From Macrostomum lignano (Eukaryota): 64,000 nt of DNA. The DNA lies in NCBI GenBank assembly GCA_002269645.1, contig NIVC01001338.1:124001-188000 (forward strand). The letters run 5' to 3'. The position numbers and the translations under genes were made by a program. Every line of letters starts with the position of its first letter. Position 1 is the first letter of the stretch. Below the pieces are notes generated by a model, which was not told the DNA's origin, did no database searches, and saw only the letters and a list, made by a program, of their open reading frames with translations. Positions 23,972 through 35,961 of the stretch are shown here, one piece after another.

Positions 23972-24205
23972 CAGGGTTGGCAAACTTTTTTTACTTCAAT
24001 TGAGCCAAATACCGGTGTAGAGAATGTAGCGCATGGCTGCAAGCCAGCGGAGGGGAGAAGGGAGATTAGAGGAGAAGAGATTAGAGACAAGAGAAGACGC
24101 GCCAAACTATGAGCGGGCCGGATTGCTATTGTAAAGAGTGTCAATTACGATCCGAGGAACCGGATAGAGAGGCCGCATGTGACCCGCGGGCCGGAGTGTT
24201 CTAGA
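23972..24205. mobile_element. hAT-like MITE remnant
   Basis: Left end CAGGGTTGGCAAAC with internal GCGGGCCGGATT and GGCCGCATGTGACCCGCGGGCCG, a motif layout typical of non-autonomous hAT elements. The right TIR is decayed. Confidence 0.5.
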
Positions 24206-24429
24206 TTGCTGTTCTAGATTGACCCAGCCATGTTTTGATTTGAACAAAAGACAAAGGTTTGTTGCTTTCTTTTTCTTCATTAGCTACGGTCGAAGTTGTC
24301 CATACATTTCAATTTCTGAATAATGTTTCCGCAAGTGCATGCATACAAATATTTTAATGAGGTATTTGGACGCCGTGAATGAATATATATTTTTCATAAA
24401 TACCATTCTTCTGTTATTAATTTTGCATT

Positions 24430-24650
24430 AATTTTCTAAGAAATAAGTTCATGGGAGCTGGAAGGTTGGGGTTTAGATTCTGGACCTACTCGGAAAAATT
24501 TGTGCCCTTGAGCAAGACACTTACGCTCGTAACTCTGTATTGCTTCAGTCAACCAGCTGTAAAATGGGTGGGTAGTTGAGGGTGTGTGGGGCGACCTCCC
24601 AGTCTTTGGACTGAACAACCGCACACCAGTCTGTGTTCAGTACCTGCATG
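24430..24650 (+). mobile_element. CORE-like SINE fragment
   Basis: GTGCCCTTGAGCAAGACACTTA...CAGTCAACCAGCTGTAAAATGGG resembles the MIR/CORE domain. It is followed by the GGCGACC..CCAGTC...CTGAACA block seen at 2245 and (reverse complement) 37830. Confidence 0.65.
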
Positions 24651-25187
24651 TTCATCAGTATCTACATATAACAGTTCCAGCTGATAATTGAAGCCATTTC
24701 CAAGTGCCATGACATCTGTGCCTGTATTGCAGCGCGCCCTAGCAGGGCAATCACTATTCGCAAAGCAGGCCTGCTGAGACGAACTAAGAAGAATATATTA
24801 TAGAAAGGGACCTTTTGTCTGCTTTTAATCATGAATAAGAGCAGGTACGAGGTAATGGGGAGTTGCTCCGCCGGCGCAATTATAAGCTCAAGCATGCACA
24901 CCTGACGGTCTTCTTCTTTCGCGAGCGGGTTTCTCTTCCCTTCGAAGCCTACCTCTGCATAATAGAGATTCCTCTAAGCCTGGCTAACTCCCGAGCTCGG
25001 CCTAATCACCTCCCTTCAAGCAGTCTAATTGCATGCATGGGGCCAGGTGTAGGAAAGAGATGGACAGGTGGGCAGGAGGTTTGATCGAGTATGTAAGAAA
25101 GCTCCCGGCCAAGAGAGCCGCGCTCCCTCCTTATCGATGAAGCCCAGCTTCAATTCCCTCTCTTCATCGAAAATCGCGAGCTAAGAC

Positions 25188-26054
25188 ATGAAATTTCGGC
25201 ATCGACATCAGCTGCCCACTGAGCCGCTGAGCCTGCTCATTCGCAAAATTAATGACACTCACTTCGTTGCCGAGGTCAACCCGGACTCTTCTGTTGGTTC
25301 CGGCAGCACTTCGACGGGAAGCGACAACAGCGGCGCCGTCTTCTATGTCGTTGCCGTGGTTTTCATTTGGGGCTTCTCCATCATATTACTGATCGCGTCC
25401 TACATTCGCAAGAGTCGCATGGACAATAACATCTCGCTGTATCTGAAAGAGATTCAAACTGTGCAACGTCGAACTCGCAAGGAAAAGATTCTGCGCTTCA
25501 TCAGCCTGCTGCAATCGCACGGCAACAACAGCGCTAGCGGTGGCAATGTCACACCGAAGCTCGCCAGCGGCAGCTCAGGTCGACGGGCGAGCTCCCAGTC
25601 ATGTAACGTGAGCTACGCCTATTGCCGAAGTAGGTCGCCATCCCCGACTATAGGCTTAGCTGCGGCTGCAGGCGCAAGTGGCAGTCTGCAGCTCCTATCA
25701 ACGTCGCATCGTCAGGAGACTAAGAAGAAGCCGACAGAAGTTCTTCGCGGTCACCTGCAGCCTCCCGCTCCGCCAATGACACCTAAATTGATGAATTCAG
25801 AAACTGCTACCGCTAATTCTGAATTAGCTGCTGCAACCGGAGCAAAAGTAGAGCGACACAACTATGGCTGCTTTCTCCCGGAGATTTGCATTGAAAGTGA
25901 CGTCGATTTGACGGGCGCTGAGTCATCGATATCAGATGTGGATGAAATTGCCCAGCAGATCAACACTAGTCCAGAGCAGGAAGACATTTACCTGCCTGAT
26001 ACTACCTTTTCAGTCAACAAAAGTGATCGAAATCGAAATGTTACTGACATGTGA
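25188..26054 (+). CDS. Intronless 288-aa single-pass membrane protein with a KCNE/MinK-like TM and juxtamembrane motif and a long disordered tail
   Basis: ATG-to-stop ORF with no signal peptide, an N-glycosylation sequon NDT, TM AVFYVVAVVFIWGFSIILLIA and then SYIRKSRMDNNISLYLKE. The family call is by eye only. Confidence 0.8.
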   Translation: MKFRHRHQLPTEPLSLLIRKINDTHFVAEVNPDSSVGSGSTSTGSDNSGAVFYVVAVVFIWGFSIILLIASYIRKSRMDNNISLYLKEIQTVQRRTRKEKILRFISLLQSHGNNSASGGNVTPKLASGSSGRRASSQSCNVSYAYCRSRSPSPTIGLAAAAGASGSLQLLSTSHRQETKKKPTEVLRGHLQPPAPPMTPKLMNSETATANSELAAATGAKVERHNYGCFLPEICIESDVDLTGAESSISDVDEIAQQINTSPEQEDIYLPDTTFSVNKSDRNRNVTDM

Positions 26055-28267
26055 AGTTTAAGACAAAAATTCCTTGGTGATGGTGAAATACGCTCGAATT
26101 CATGTTTGTATACGTACATGTACACCAACTACACCTGCATGTACATGCGATCATATTTACGTATACTTGAACAATCGTTAATTCTACGCAGATTACCTCC
26201 ATGAACTTCGGTTAATTTAAAATATAAAATAATCTTTATGGAAAACATAAACATGCAGCAATTGGAAACAATGTGGTAGATATGCTCTTGGGGTTTTTGC
26301 AATTGAATGTATACATGTCGTATTAGTATAAATTAGGCTGCAATAATTATTGTGAATAAAATGTTAACAAAATTCATAGCAAAAATTTGGCAAATAAGTG
26401 CTGATGTTAAGAGGCCATTGGGTTGTGCAGAGTTGTTCATTAAAGTACTTGCCCGACGCAAATTTCTGCTAACTTCCGCTAGATAGCAGCTAGAAGTGCA
26501 AAAAATGGAATGCATCTTAAAACCCTAGACGTACATTTTTATAATAAAAAATTCGAAAAGCGAATAAAAACAATATTTAAAAAGGTTTTTACAGTACTTT
26601 TACATTATTTATTTGTTTTTTTAGTTTTCTTCGTTGACTTAGCGTCCCATTTTTTTTAACTGCAACTTTTATGAATAATAATATTACTAAGTCTAGCTGA
26701 ATCTCTTGCCACTTGCTTATCTCTGTTTGGCTTGTACAGTAAGAATAGTTTTAAGAGAAATGATGAAGCGACTGTTTAAAACAAGAATAATATTTTCAAC
26801 ATGGATTTTTGCGTTCATATTTTTACAATGCCACGTTAAAGGTATGTTTTTCACTAAACCATGCTTGCATTGCCATTGGCTTGGCCTAGGCGAACCGAAC
26901 AACGCTGCAACGCACCTGCTGTTGCCAGTATGCTGTCGTACCTCCTTGTACTAGCCTACTCCTGGAGTTTTGTCTTACCTAGGTCTTATTTAACTTACTG
27001 TCGTCTATATACCACTAAGGCTATGTCTCTGCATTCATTTTTCTGCTTTGTTTTAGGACTAGGTGTTATAGTCCTATTCTTTTAAATCTACCAGCACTTG
27101 TCTTTGTCTTGACCACACGTTGCATCGCAAATAATTAATAAGTTCATATCATATATTGACTTTAGTTGCGACTTGATTTGATTGATATGGTATAGGCCCT
27201 ATAGCCATATACATTTTAATATAGTTTTCCAGTAAGACTGATTTTACTATGCCTAGGTCCTACTTAAATGCTAAATAAATAGGAGTGAGTAGTGAACACA
27301 ATATAGGGGCCTACTTTGCTAACTAAAAGTCAGATAATTTGTTATTGACATTGAAATGAAATATTGTATCTAAAAATAATAAAAGTATAGAACCATTTAA
27401 TTCTAAATACTCATTTAAGATAGAAGCCATATTTAAAAAATCTAATTCTAGTCTAACTTGAATTTTTAATTTTTCAAAAAATGTTTAGGCCCCTATAGTT
27501 TAGCATAGCCATAGTGTAATAGTTTATATTGTTATAATTAGGGGCCTATTTGAATTACATTAAACAAAAATTAAAAATCAGTTTATTTTTAGTCTCTTGG
27601 TTTTTTAATGCAAGTACCACTACCAATTGATTAAATTAGATTTTTATTAAAAGCTTAAGATGTTAAGTAGGCCTATTATAGAAACAAAAATAATTAGTGG
27701 CCTAGGTGTAACTTCTTATAATAATAGAATTAAATTAATTACTGATGTATTATATAATTATATAAGTACTATACAATCTAGCTTTCTATGTTTTACCTTC
27801 AAAACTGAAATAAATTTATTAACTAGCATTAAATTCTTTTATTACCAATTCAGTGTACAATATGCAAATTTACATTAGGACAATATAGGTCTTTTAAATA
27901 AAAAGGGAAACAATAACATAAAACAATTTAAATTGTTCTTACCATTTGTTTTAAATATTGGAAAATATTTGTCCCTTGGCTTAAGCTTAAGTATATTAAA
28001 TAGAATATGAAAATAAAAAGAAATAGAAAAGTTATTGTCAATTAATAATAAAGGGTACAATTGACATTTTTTGTCATAATCTAAATATACTAAATCTCTA
28101 ATATTTGTATGCTTGTCCATAATGCTCTAGAGAGAGCAATTCTTCACCGATTTTGATTGCATTTTTGCCAAAAGATTTGTAATCAGCCTGGGATTGTATG
28201 GTTAAGATAATATACTAATTTTAATGATTAGCATAGTTGTCATAACTATGCTATAAGGGTATCCACA

Positions 28268-29016
28268 CTTTTCAGTGCCCGGCATTTTGGTGCCCTAGTT
28301 TGCTTCTCAGTGCCAGATTTTAAAATAGAATTGGACATAAACAGATAGATAGTAAGCTCTGATTTAGCAATAGGTGCTTTGCAATACTTCTTTACTTAAA
28401 AAGTAAAGTTATATTTTCATTATTTATTTTGTTAAGCTGATTTGCTGTTTTAATATTTTTCAAAATTCTCTTGTTTCATAAATTTTGAATCTTTCAAATA
28501 TCATATTTAATACAAATTTGTTATTATCCTTCTACTCTTAACTTTTATTAAATACATTGACATATACTAGCCAAACAGGCTTGCTGCCTGAGTAAAACTT
28601 ACTACTACTACTAAATTTTTTGTCTTGACTGAGTTGAGACTCGACTTGACTTCTCAAGAAAAAAACAATTGTGTAACTCCGGAAATCAATACTAAAATGG
28701 ATTTGTCACATTTCATAATTTTAATAAAAACTATACATGTAAGCATAGTTAGATGGATTTCATCTTTACCTAAAACTAAATCTTCTTAATCTTAGCACAC
28801 GTGCTAAGTGCAGCCTTGTGTATACACTAGATATAGCAAATGCTTGCAATTAAATCAAACAGATTTTTCGAAATTTAAGAAACATGCCAGTTTAACAAAA
28901 TGGATACTGCTTTTGTTAGGAATCATTAACAAATATTTATTATATTTGTTATTAGATTAATTTTTTATTATTTAAGCGTCATACACTGAGGCACCAAAAT
29001 GCCAGACGCTGAAAAG
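28268..29016. mobile_element. AT-rich MITE-like element bounded by an inverted repeat of about 30 bp
   Basis: CTTTTCAGTGCCCGGCATTTTGGTGCC (28268) vs GGCACCAAAATGCCAGACGCTGAAAAG (ends 29016), with weaker symmetry further out (GCATAGTT / AACTATGC). Confidence 0.55.
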
Positions 29017-29626
29017 CATGGGCACCAAAAAGCATGGAAACTGCTATAAGTATTAGTATAACTATGCCAAAAAGACAATTGGGAACAATTATAAGTCTCC
29101 CAATTGGCATTAATGTTCCATAGTAGGCAATATGTTTAACCTTTTAATTATAAATAAGTTATTAGGTTAATCATATATATACCAACAAACAATTTTTTAG
29201 TATATGCATTGTCTATTAAACAACTTATTAAGTGAGTCAAAAAACAACCATTTTAACATTTAACAATTTTAACAATTATTTAAGCTTGCTCAATTTGCTC
29301 CATTGAAGCAAATGGAAGTCTTTTTGGGCAGTGTCTTGCCTAGACATAAAAAATCAATTGGCATGTCAACACATTTTAACATGTTTAGAATCCTTAACTT
29401 GAGAAATCATCAAATTCAAATTGCATAAAAGTAGGTTTTTTCATTCAAGGAGTACAAACAAGGTATACTAAGAGTGAAAAATGAAATAAAGTTAGATTAT
29501 ACTATGAAAATGTATTAAAGATAATAAGTTTAATCCAACAAACACTTGATAGTTCTTAGTTTAAGTCAGCCATAGCTATCATACTTAGCAAATATTCAAT
29601 CCAAAGTTTTGCTGACTACTGATTAG

Positions 29627-30633
29627 ATGACGAAGTATTTGCTTATACTAAAGAAGTTAAAGTTACTCATGCCGTTTACCCATGGCTGTCATTCACTCCA
29701 CCCAGGCAGCTTATTCGACTTTGTCACCTGCGGCTCGGTGCTAAAACTACAAAATCTGGCGCACAATGTTCGCTTGCACTCGCACGAGGTTCGCTACGGC
29801 TCGGGCTCTGGCCAGCAGTCTGTCACTGGCGTGGAGGCCACCGAGGACGCCAACTCGTATTGGCGAGTGCGCGACGCCACCAGCGGCACCGGCTGTCGCC
29901 GTGGCGACCCCGTCCGATGCGGCGACACTCTGCGACTGACTCACCTGGCCACGGGAAAAAACCTGCACAGTCATCTGTATAGCTCGCCTATCACGCAGGA
30001 ACAAGAGGTTTGTAGACTTAAAATCCAGATCCCAAATCCCAATGTTAGTTTTAGATCTTAAATCCCAATGTTAGTTTTAGATCCCAAATCCCAATGTTAG
30101 TTTTAGATCCCAAATCCCAATGTTAGTTTTAGATCCCAAATCCCAATGTTAGGTTTAGATCCCAAATCCCAATGCTAGTTTTAGATCCGAAATCCCAATT
30201 CTCGCGGATCCCAATGCAAAAACAAATTTTTATGCGTCTTTTGCTGCAGGTTTCCGCCTACGGCGACGCCAAAGGCGAAGGCGACCGCGGCGACGATTGG
30301 ACCGTCGTCTGCGACACCTCCGGTGGCGGCGGCGGCGGCCTGTGGCTTCGGTCTCAGCGGGTGCGCCTGCGGCACAGCGTCACCGAGCGCTACCTGCACG
30401 TTGCCGGCGCGCGTTTCGGTCGACCCATCGCCGGCCAGGCGGAGGTCAGCGCCGTGGCGAGCGGCGGCGGCCGCGGCAGCTACTGGCTGGCCGCGGAGGG
30501 CGTCTTCGTGAAGCCGAACGAGGCGTCGGAGTCGCCTGGGATGGGCCGCGCGCCAAGCGTTGAACGGCCGGCGTTTGTCGTGTCGGGCGACGGAGCCGAC
30601 GGCGGCGGCCTGCACGACTCTGGGGAGCTGTGA
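29627..30633 (+). CDS. SDF2: Stromal cell-derived factor 2 family protein (SDF2/SDF2L1, three MIR motifs)
   Basis: Exons 29627(or 29706)-30007 and 30250-30633, phase 0. Motifs VTCGSVLKL, RLHSHEVRYGSGSGQQSVTG, CGDTLRLTHLATGKNLHSH, EVSAYG, GDDWTVVC, EGVFVKP. The 5' end is uncertain because the N-terminus is a poor signal peptide. Confidence 0.93.
30030..30200. repeat. Intronic 26-bp minisatellite (AGATCCCAAATCCCAATGTTAGTTTT)n
   Basis: About 6 copies. Confidence 0.9.
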
Positions 30634-30664
30634 TTGTTTTTAGTTGCAGCGCTAATCTCGCTTA

Positions 30665-31045
30665 GTGTGTGATCCCACATCCCGTCTTTGTTTTAGATCC
30701 CACATCCCAGTCTTTGTTCTAGATCCCACATCCCAGTCTTCGTTCTAGATCTCACATCCCAGTCTTTGTTCTAGATCCCACATCCCAGTCTTTGTTCTAT
30801 TGCAATAGATCCTACATCCCAGTCTTTGTTCTAGATCCAACATCCCAGTCTTTGTTCTATTGCAATAGATCCCACATCCCAGTCTTTGTTCTAGATCCCA
30901 CATCCCAGTCTTTGTTCTATTGCAATAGATCCTACATCCCAGTCTTTGTTCTAGATCCCACATCCCAGTCTTTGTTCTATTGCAATAGATCCTACATCCC
31001 AGTCTTTGTTCTAGATCCCACATCCCAGTCTTTGTTCTAGGTCCC
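30665..31045. repeat. 26-bp minisatellite (TAGATCCCACATCCCAGTCTTTGTTC)n with a 60-bp (26+34) dimer
   Basis: The period of 60 is visible at 30781/30841/30901/30961. Confidence 0.93.
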
Positions 31046-31429
31046 ATATCTTAAGTCTTTGTTCCGGGATCCCAGTAGCCCCAATTTAGGTTTAAAAATC
31101 CCAAACGACAAGATCCTAACAATGGTTGTAGATCCCCGTTTCCAAACCTTGACTTTTTATCTATCTGTTATTTCTATTTTGCTTATAGTCATCTGTAGAG
31201 GTGAGCTACTAATAATAACAAATATTTATAGTCAGCTATGCCGCGTTTATACAAAAGCGCCTGAAGCGCTAATTTAATCGAGGCCAAATGCTTTTTCACC
31301 CGCTGTGCTTTAAGTACCAGCGCTAAGTTCTCTCTTTCCTAAACTGCACTAACTCATGATTTTCCACGTCAGAGAGAAGAACTTATCTGTCGTTAAGGAT
31401 TTTTTTGCATTATTGAAATGATTTTTGAC

Positions 31430-31740
31430 GATTATTATCGACTATTATGACCAATTAAAAGATTGGTATGACCAATTAGACAATTATTATGACCAATTAA
31501 ATAATAAGTATGACCAATTAGACGATTAATATGACTAATTAGACAATTATTATGACTAATTAGACTATTACTATGACCAATTAGACGATTACTATGACTG
31601 ATTAGACGATTACTATGACCAATTAGACGATTACTATGACTGATTAGACAATTAATGTCCAATTAGACAATAAGTATGACTAGTTAGACGATTGTTATGA
31701 CCGATTATACGAGTAGTATGATGAATTAAACGATTAGTCT
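31430..31740. repeat. Degenerate 21-bp minisatellite (ATTACTATGACCAATTAGACG)n
   Basis: About 14 imperfect copies. Confidence 0.85.
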
Positions 31741-32249
31741 GACAGATTAGAAGAAGCCCATATTTACACGTTTTTTTGTTTTAACCTTCTTTAATGACAA
31801 TATTTTTAATTTTGATACTCATACTCATTACATGTAATATTATTACTATTTAGACGCAATTGACGACCATTCTGCATGCAAGCCTCAGGAACCTTTAATG
31901 ACCATTAAGGTGACGCCGCTCATGCCCATTTGATCATTTAGTGCGTCTAAATGACCAGTTTTTTTCTGCTATGACTTGTTTGGGCTTCATCTAGTTGATC
32001 AGTAATGATTTTTTAATTCCTGTTAACATTTATAACTTTATTAGACCTAGTCAAATATTCTAATCATCTTTCTAACTATTTAGTATTTATTATTAATGTA
32101 TTTATTCATTGTTGAGAAGTCTGCTTCGCATTATAGTTTAGTTATAATTACACATTCCTTAGTAGATCTGTTTAATAAAAAAATCCTCGCTTATTTCTGA
32201 CTCAAAGGGTGTGCTTTTGTTTTTTATTTATTTTCTTTTGTTAGGGCTC

Positions 32250-33130
32250 TGATATTTGATGACTAACTGGTATTTTGATGCTTGATTGATTGCTTGACAT
32301 TTTGATTTCTGTTGATCGATTGTATGATGTTTGATGATTGACAGTTTGATATTTGATGACTAATTGGTATTTTGATGATTGATCGATTGCATGATGTTTG
32401 ATGATTGACACTTTGATATTTGATGACTAATTGGTATTTTGATGATTGATCGATTGCATGATGTTTGATGATTGACACTTTGATATTTGATGACTAATTG
32501 GTATTTTGATGATTGATCGATTGCATGATGTTTGATGATTGACAGTTTGATATTTGATGACTAATTGGTATTTTGATGATTGATCGATTGCATGATGTTT
32601 GATGATTGACACTTTGATATTTGATGACTAATTGGTATTTTGATGATTGATCGATTGCATGATGTTTGATGATTGACACTTTGATATTTGATGACTAATT
32701 GGTATTTTGATGATTGATCGATTGCATGATGTTTGATGATTGACAGTTTGATATTTGATGACTAATTGGTATTTTGATGATTGATCGATTGCATGATGTT
32801 TGATGATTGACACTTTGATATTTGATGACTAATTGGTATTTTGATGATTGATCGATTGCATGATGTTTGATGATTGACACTTTGATATTTGATGACTAAT
32901 TGCTATTTTGATGATTGATCGATTGCATGATGTTTGATGATTGACACTTTGATATTTGATGACTAATTGGTATTTTGATGATTGATCGATTGCATGATGT
33001 TTGATGATTGACACTTTGATATTTGATGACTAATTGGTATTTTGATTATTGATCGATTTCATGATGTTTGATGATTGACACTTTGATATTTGATGACTAA
33101 TTGGTATTTTGATGATTGATTGATTGTCTG
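32250..33130. repeat. 67-bp tandem repeat rich in TGAT
   Basis: Track ORFs recur at multiples of 67 (32427, 32494, 32628, 32695, 32829). Confidence 0.95.
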
Positions 33131-33600
33131 ATTGACATTTTGATTTCTGATGATCGATTGACATGATATTTGATGATTGATATACTTTGATAGTTGATGC
33201 TTGATTTGACGATTCAATAAATTGAATGGTTTGAAATTTTGTAATGTCCCGATCCAAGAAACCACTAAAGTCCTTAATTGGGCATAATTCTAGATTAACT
33301 TTTCTATGAACTATTTATTTATTTATCGTAGAAAAATTCTGTTCCATTCGAATTCCTATATTAGGCCAGAGAAAATGCTGAATGCATGAGAGAGTGTGCG
33401 TGAGATTGTTATCTTCTCGTGTCTTGTAACTGCATGTTTATTCAATCGAGTGCAGTTGAGTGGGCGGCGCTTATTCGCTGTGTCAGATTTTTCGGCTCCG
33501 ATACGGTTTCCCCGAGTGGCGAGGTGCCGAGACTCTGTATAAATATCTGCTTGTGCACGACTGCTTGGCCGAACTGCGTCTGTTAAAAAATTAGCTAGCG

Positions 33601-34725
33601 ATGGGTAATAAATCGTCGAAACGGGCCGCTTTGAAACCTGCCACCAGCGTTCCCAATGTCTGTCGCGGCACCGCGGACAGCGGCACTAATAGCAAAGGCG
33701 TGACGCTGCGACGCTCGAAACCGCCAGCCCGACCGGTCACTTGCGTCGCGGATCGTCCGGCATCGGTTCAGCCCAGGTCCACTCGGCACTCGGATACCAG
33801 ACTTATCATTAATCAGCTGTGCTCAAAGCGGCCAAAGTACTGCCTACTCAAACAGTTGGACTTTGATCAGCTAGACGAGCAGGTGCAGTTTCTCCTGTTC
33901 GAGTCCGTGTGCGACCAGCTCGATCAGCTGGGCACCATCGATCGGCTGCGATCGGCGCAGGCTGCACAAAGACCTGCCATGGTCAAGACAAAGACAAGCG
34001 GCAATAGTTTAGAGCAGATTGTGACAGATTATCGCCAGCTGTGCAGCAAATTTATGGCTGTCGCAATGCCCGAACTGCTGTTGCTAACCGGTTGCCAGCC
34101 GGAAGAATTGTACAGCTCCGCGCACAGAATCCTTGCCGAGATGTTGAGTGAAACTGAGACGCTGTGGCATTCGAAGGCGGACTCATTAACCTGTAGCCTT
34201 CTCGACTGCAGCTCGCCTTCGTCGAGCAGCTCCACGAATCGATCGATGGTCAGACAGCAGGTGCAGCAACTGCTCTGCTCAACTTCAGCCGAGGTTGCCG
34301 CAACCATCGGTTGGAGTTCTTTGCTGTCAGCCAACTCGTTGGCTTTGCTGCTGTCTTCCGAAAGCGATAGGGATCAAAATCCCCAGTCGCTGGGCTTGGC
34401 TACCCAGCGGTTCCTCGACGCTGCAGCCGTTTGGTGCTGGGGCGCAGTTTGCGCCTGTCATTCGAGCTTCAGCGGCCAAGCGTCATCCAGTCTGACTGTA
34501 CTTGTCGAAGACCTTGTCGAAGGCAGTGGCCCTACTCTGAAATTCGATCCCAGACTGCACCGAACTGTGGTTGGTGCGGAACGAGCCGGCGCACGCATCG
34601 AGTGCGTCCTGTGGCCGGCGCTGTGTCACAGAGTTGATCTCAAGCGGCAGGATTCGAACCTATGCGATGCGACCAAGCTTAAACCGGAGACAATCTTGTG
34701 CAAAGCGATGGTTAAGCTGTGCTGA
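33601..34725 (+). CDS. Intronless 374-aa protein with an N-myristoylation motif and a MIEAP/SPATA18-like C-terminal domain
   Basis: Starts MGNKSS. The C-terminal AVWCW...FDPRLHRTV...IECVLWPAL...ILCKAMV resembles the MIEAP-family C-terminus (FD...H...WP.L...K..V). AATAAA near 34880. Confidence 0.75.
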   Translation: MGNKSSKRAALKPATSVPNVCRGTADSGTNSKGVTLRRSKPPARPVTCVADRPASVQPRSTRHSDTRLIINQLCSKRPKYCLLKQLDFDQLDEQVQFLLFESVCDQLDQLGTIDRLRSAQAAQRPAMVKTKTSGNSLEQIVTDYRQLCSKFMAVAMPELLLLTGCQPEELYSSAHRILAEMLSETETLWHSKADSLTCSLLDCSSPSSSSSTNRSMVRQQVQQLLCSTSAEVAATIGWSSLLSANSLALLLSSESDRDQNPQSLGLATQRFLDAAAVWCWGAVCACHSSFSGQASSSLTVLVEDLVEGSGPTLKFDPRLHRTVVGAERAGARIECVLWPALCHRVDLKRQDSNLCDATKLKPETILCKAMVKLC

Positions 34726-35029
34726 TGAGAAGTTCAACAAAATGTATTGAAATTGAGCTCCAAAGTTCTCAACCAGCTGCTTGATCCACCTTCAAAACAT
34801 TTTGAAACAAAGTTTCTAAAACTAACATTTTCATAATCTTTGTCATTGTGTGTGTACATTATCTGTGTTTGTGTTTAACAAATAAATTAAAAACGTGTTT
34901 ACCTATTTTTTATTGAAAAAAATGTTATTTAGAGTTTATTATTGGCTGGAATATTTTCACCGCTGATTGTACGACAATGCCACCGAAGGGGGTCCACAGC
35001 TGTTTTTTAAATATGTGTTGCAGGATGCT

Positions 35030-35935
35030 TCTCAGTGTAACAGGATGCTTGATTATGCAAAAGGATGCCTGTTTGTGTAACAGGATGCTTGTTTGTGGAT
35101 GATTCCCGGGGTGTAACAGGATGCTTGATTGTGGATGATTCCCGGGGTGTAACAGGATGCTTGTTTGTGGATGATTCTCGGGGTGTAACAGGATGCTTGT
35201 TTGTGGATGATTCCCGGGGTGTAACAGGATGCTTGTTTGTGGATGATTCTCGGGGTGTAACAGGATGCTTGTTTGTGGATGATTCTCGGGGTGTAACAGG
35301 ATGCTTGTTTGTGGATGATTCTCGGGGTGTAACAGGATGCTTGATTGTACAAAAGGTGCCTGTTTGTGTAACAGGATGCTTGATTGTGCAAAAGGATGCC
35401 TGTTTATGTAACAGGATGCTTGTTTGTGTAACAGCATGATTCTGTGTGTAACAGGATGCTTTTCAGTGTATAACAGGATGATTCTGTGTGTAACAGGATG
35501 CTTTTCAGTGTGTAACAGGATGATTTTCAGTGTGTAACAGGATGATTTTCAGTGTGTAACAGGATACTTCTCAGTGTGTAACAGGATACTTCTCAGTGTG
35601 TAACAGGATACTTCTCAGTGTGTAACAGGATACTTCTCAGTGTGTAACAGGATACTTCTCAGTGTGTAACAGGATGATTCTGTGTGTAACAGGATTCTTC
35701 TCAGTGTGTAACAGGATTCTTCTCAGTGTGTAACAGGATTCTTCTCAGTGTGTAACAGGATACTTCTCAGTGTGTAACAGGATACTTCTCAGTGTGTAAC
35801 AGGATTCTTCTCAGTGTGTAACAGGATACTTCTCAGTGTGTAACAGGATTCTTCTCAGTGTGTAACAGGATTCTTCTCAGTGTGTAACAGGATTCTTCTC
35901 AGTGTGTAACAGGATGATTCTCAGTGTGTAATTTG
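35030..35935. repeat. Graded array: 36-bp GTAACAGGATGCTTGTTTGTGGATGATTCTCGGGGT units turning into 22-bp TGTGTAACAGGATACTTCTCAG units
   Basis: Both unit types share the core GTAACAGGAT; the periods are visible. Confidence 0.95.
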
Positions 35936-35961
35936 CTTTCCAACAGACAAAAATAAAAATC

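Noticed and set aside
26100-29600. Missing signal-peptide exon of SDF2, or a transposase, in the AT-rich block
   Set aside because: The only phase-compatible donor candidate (about 26738) lacks an upstream ATG, and no long ORF or catalytic motif is visible.
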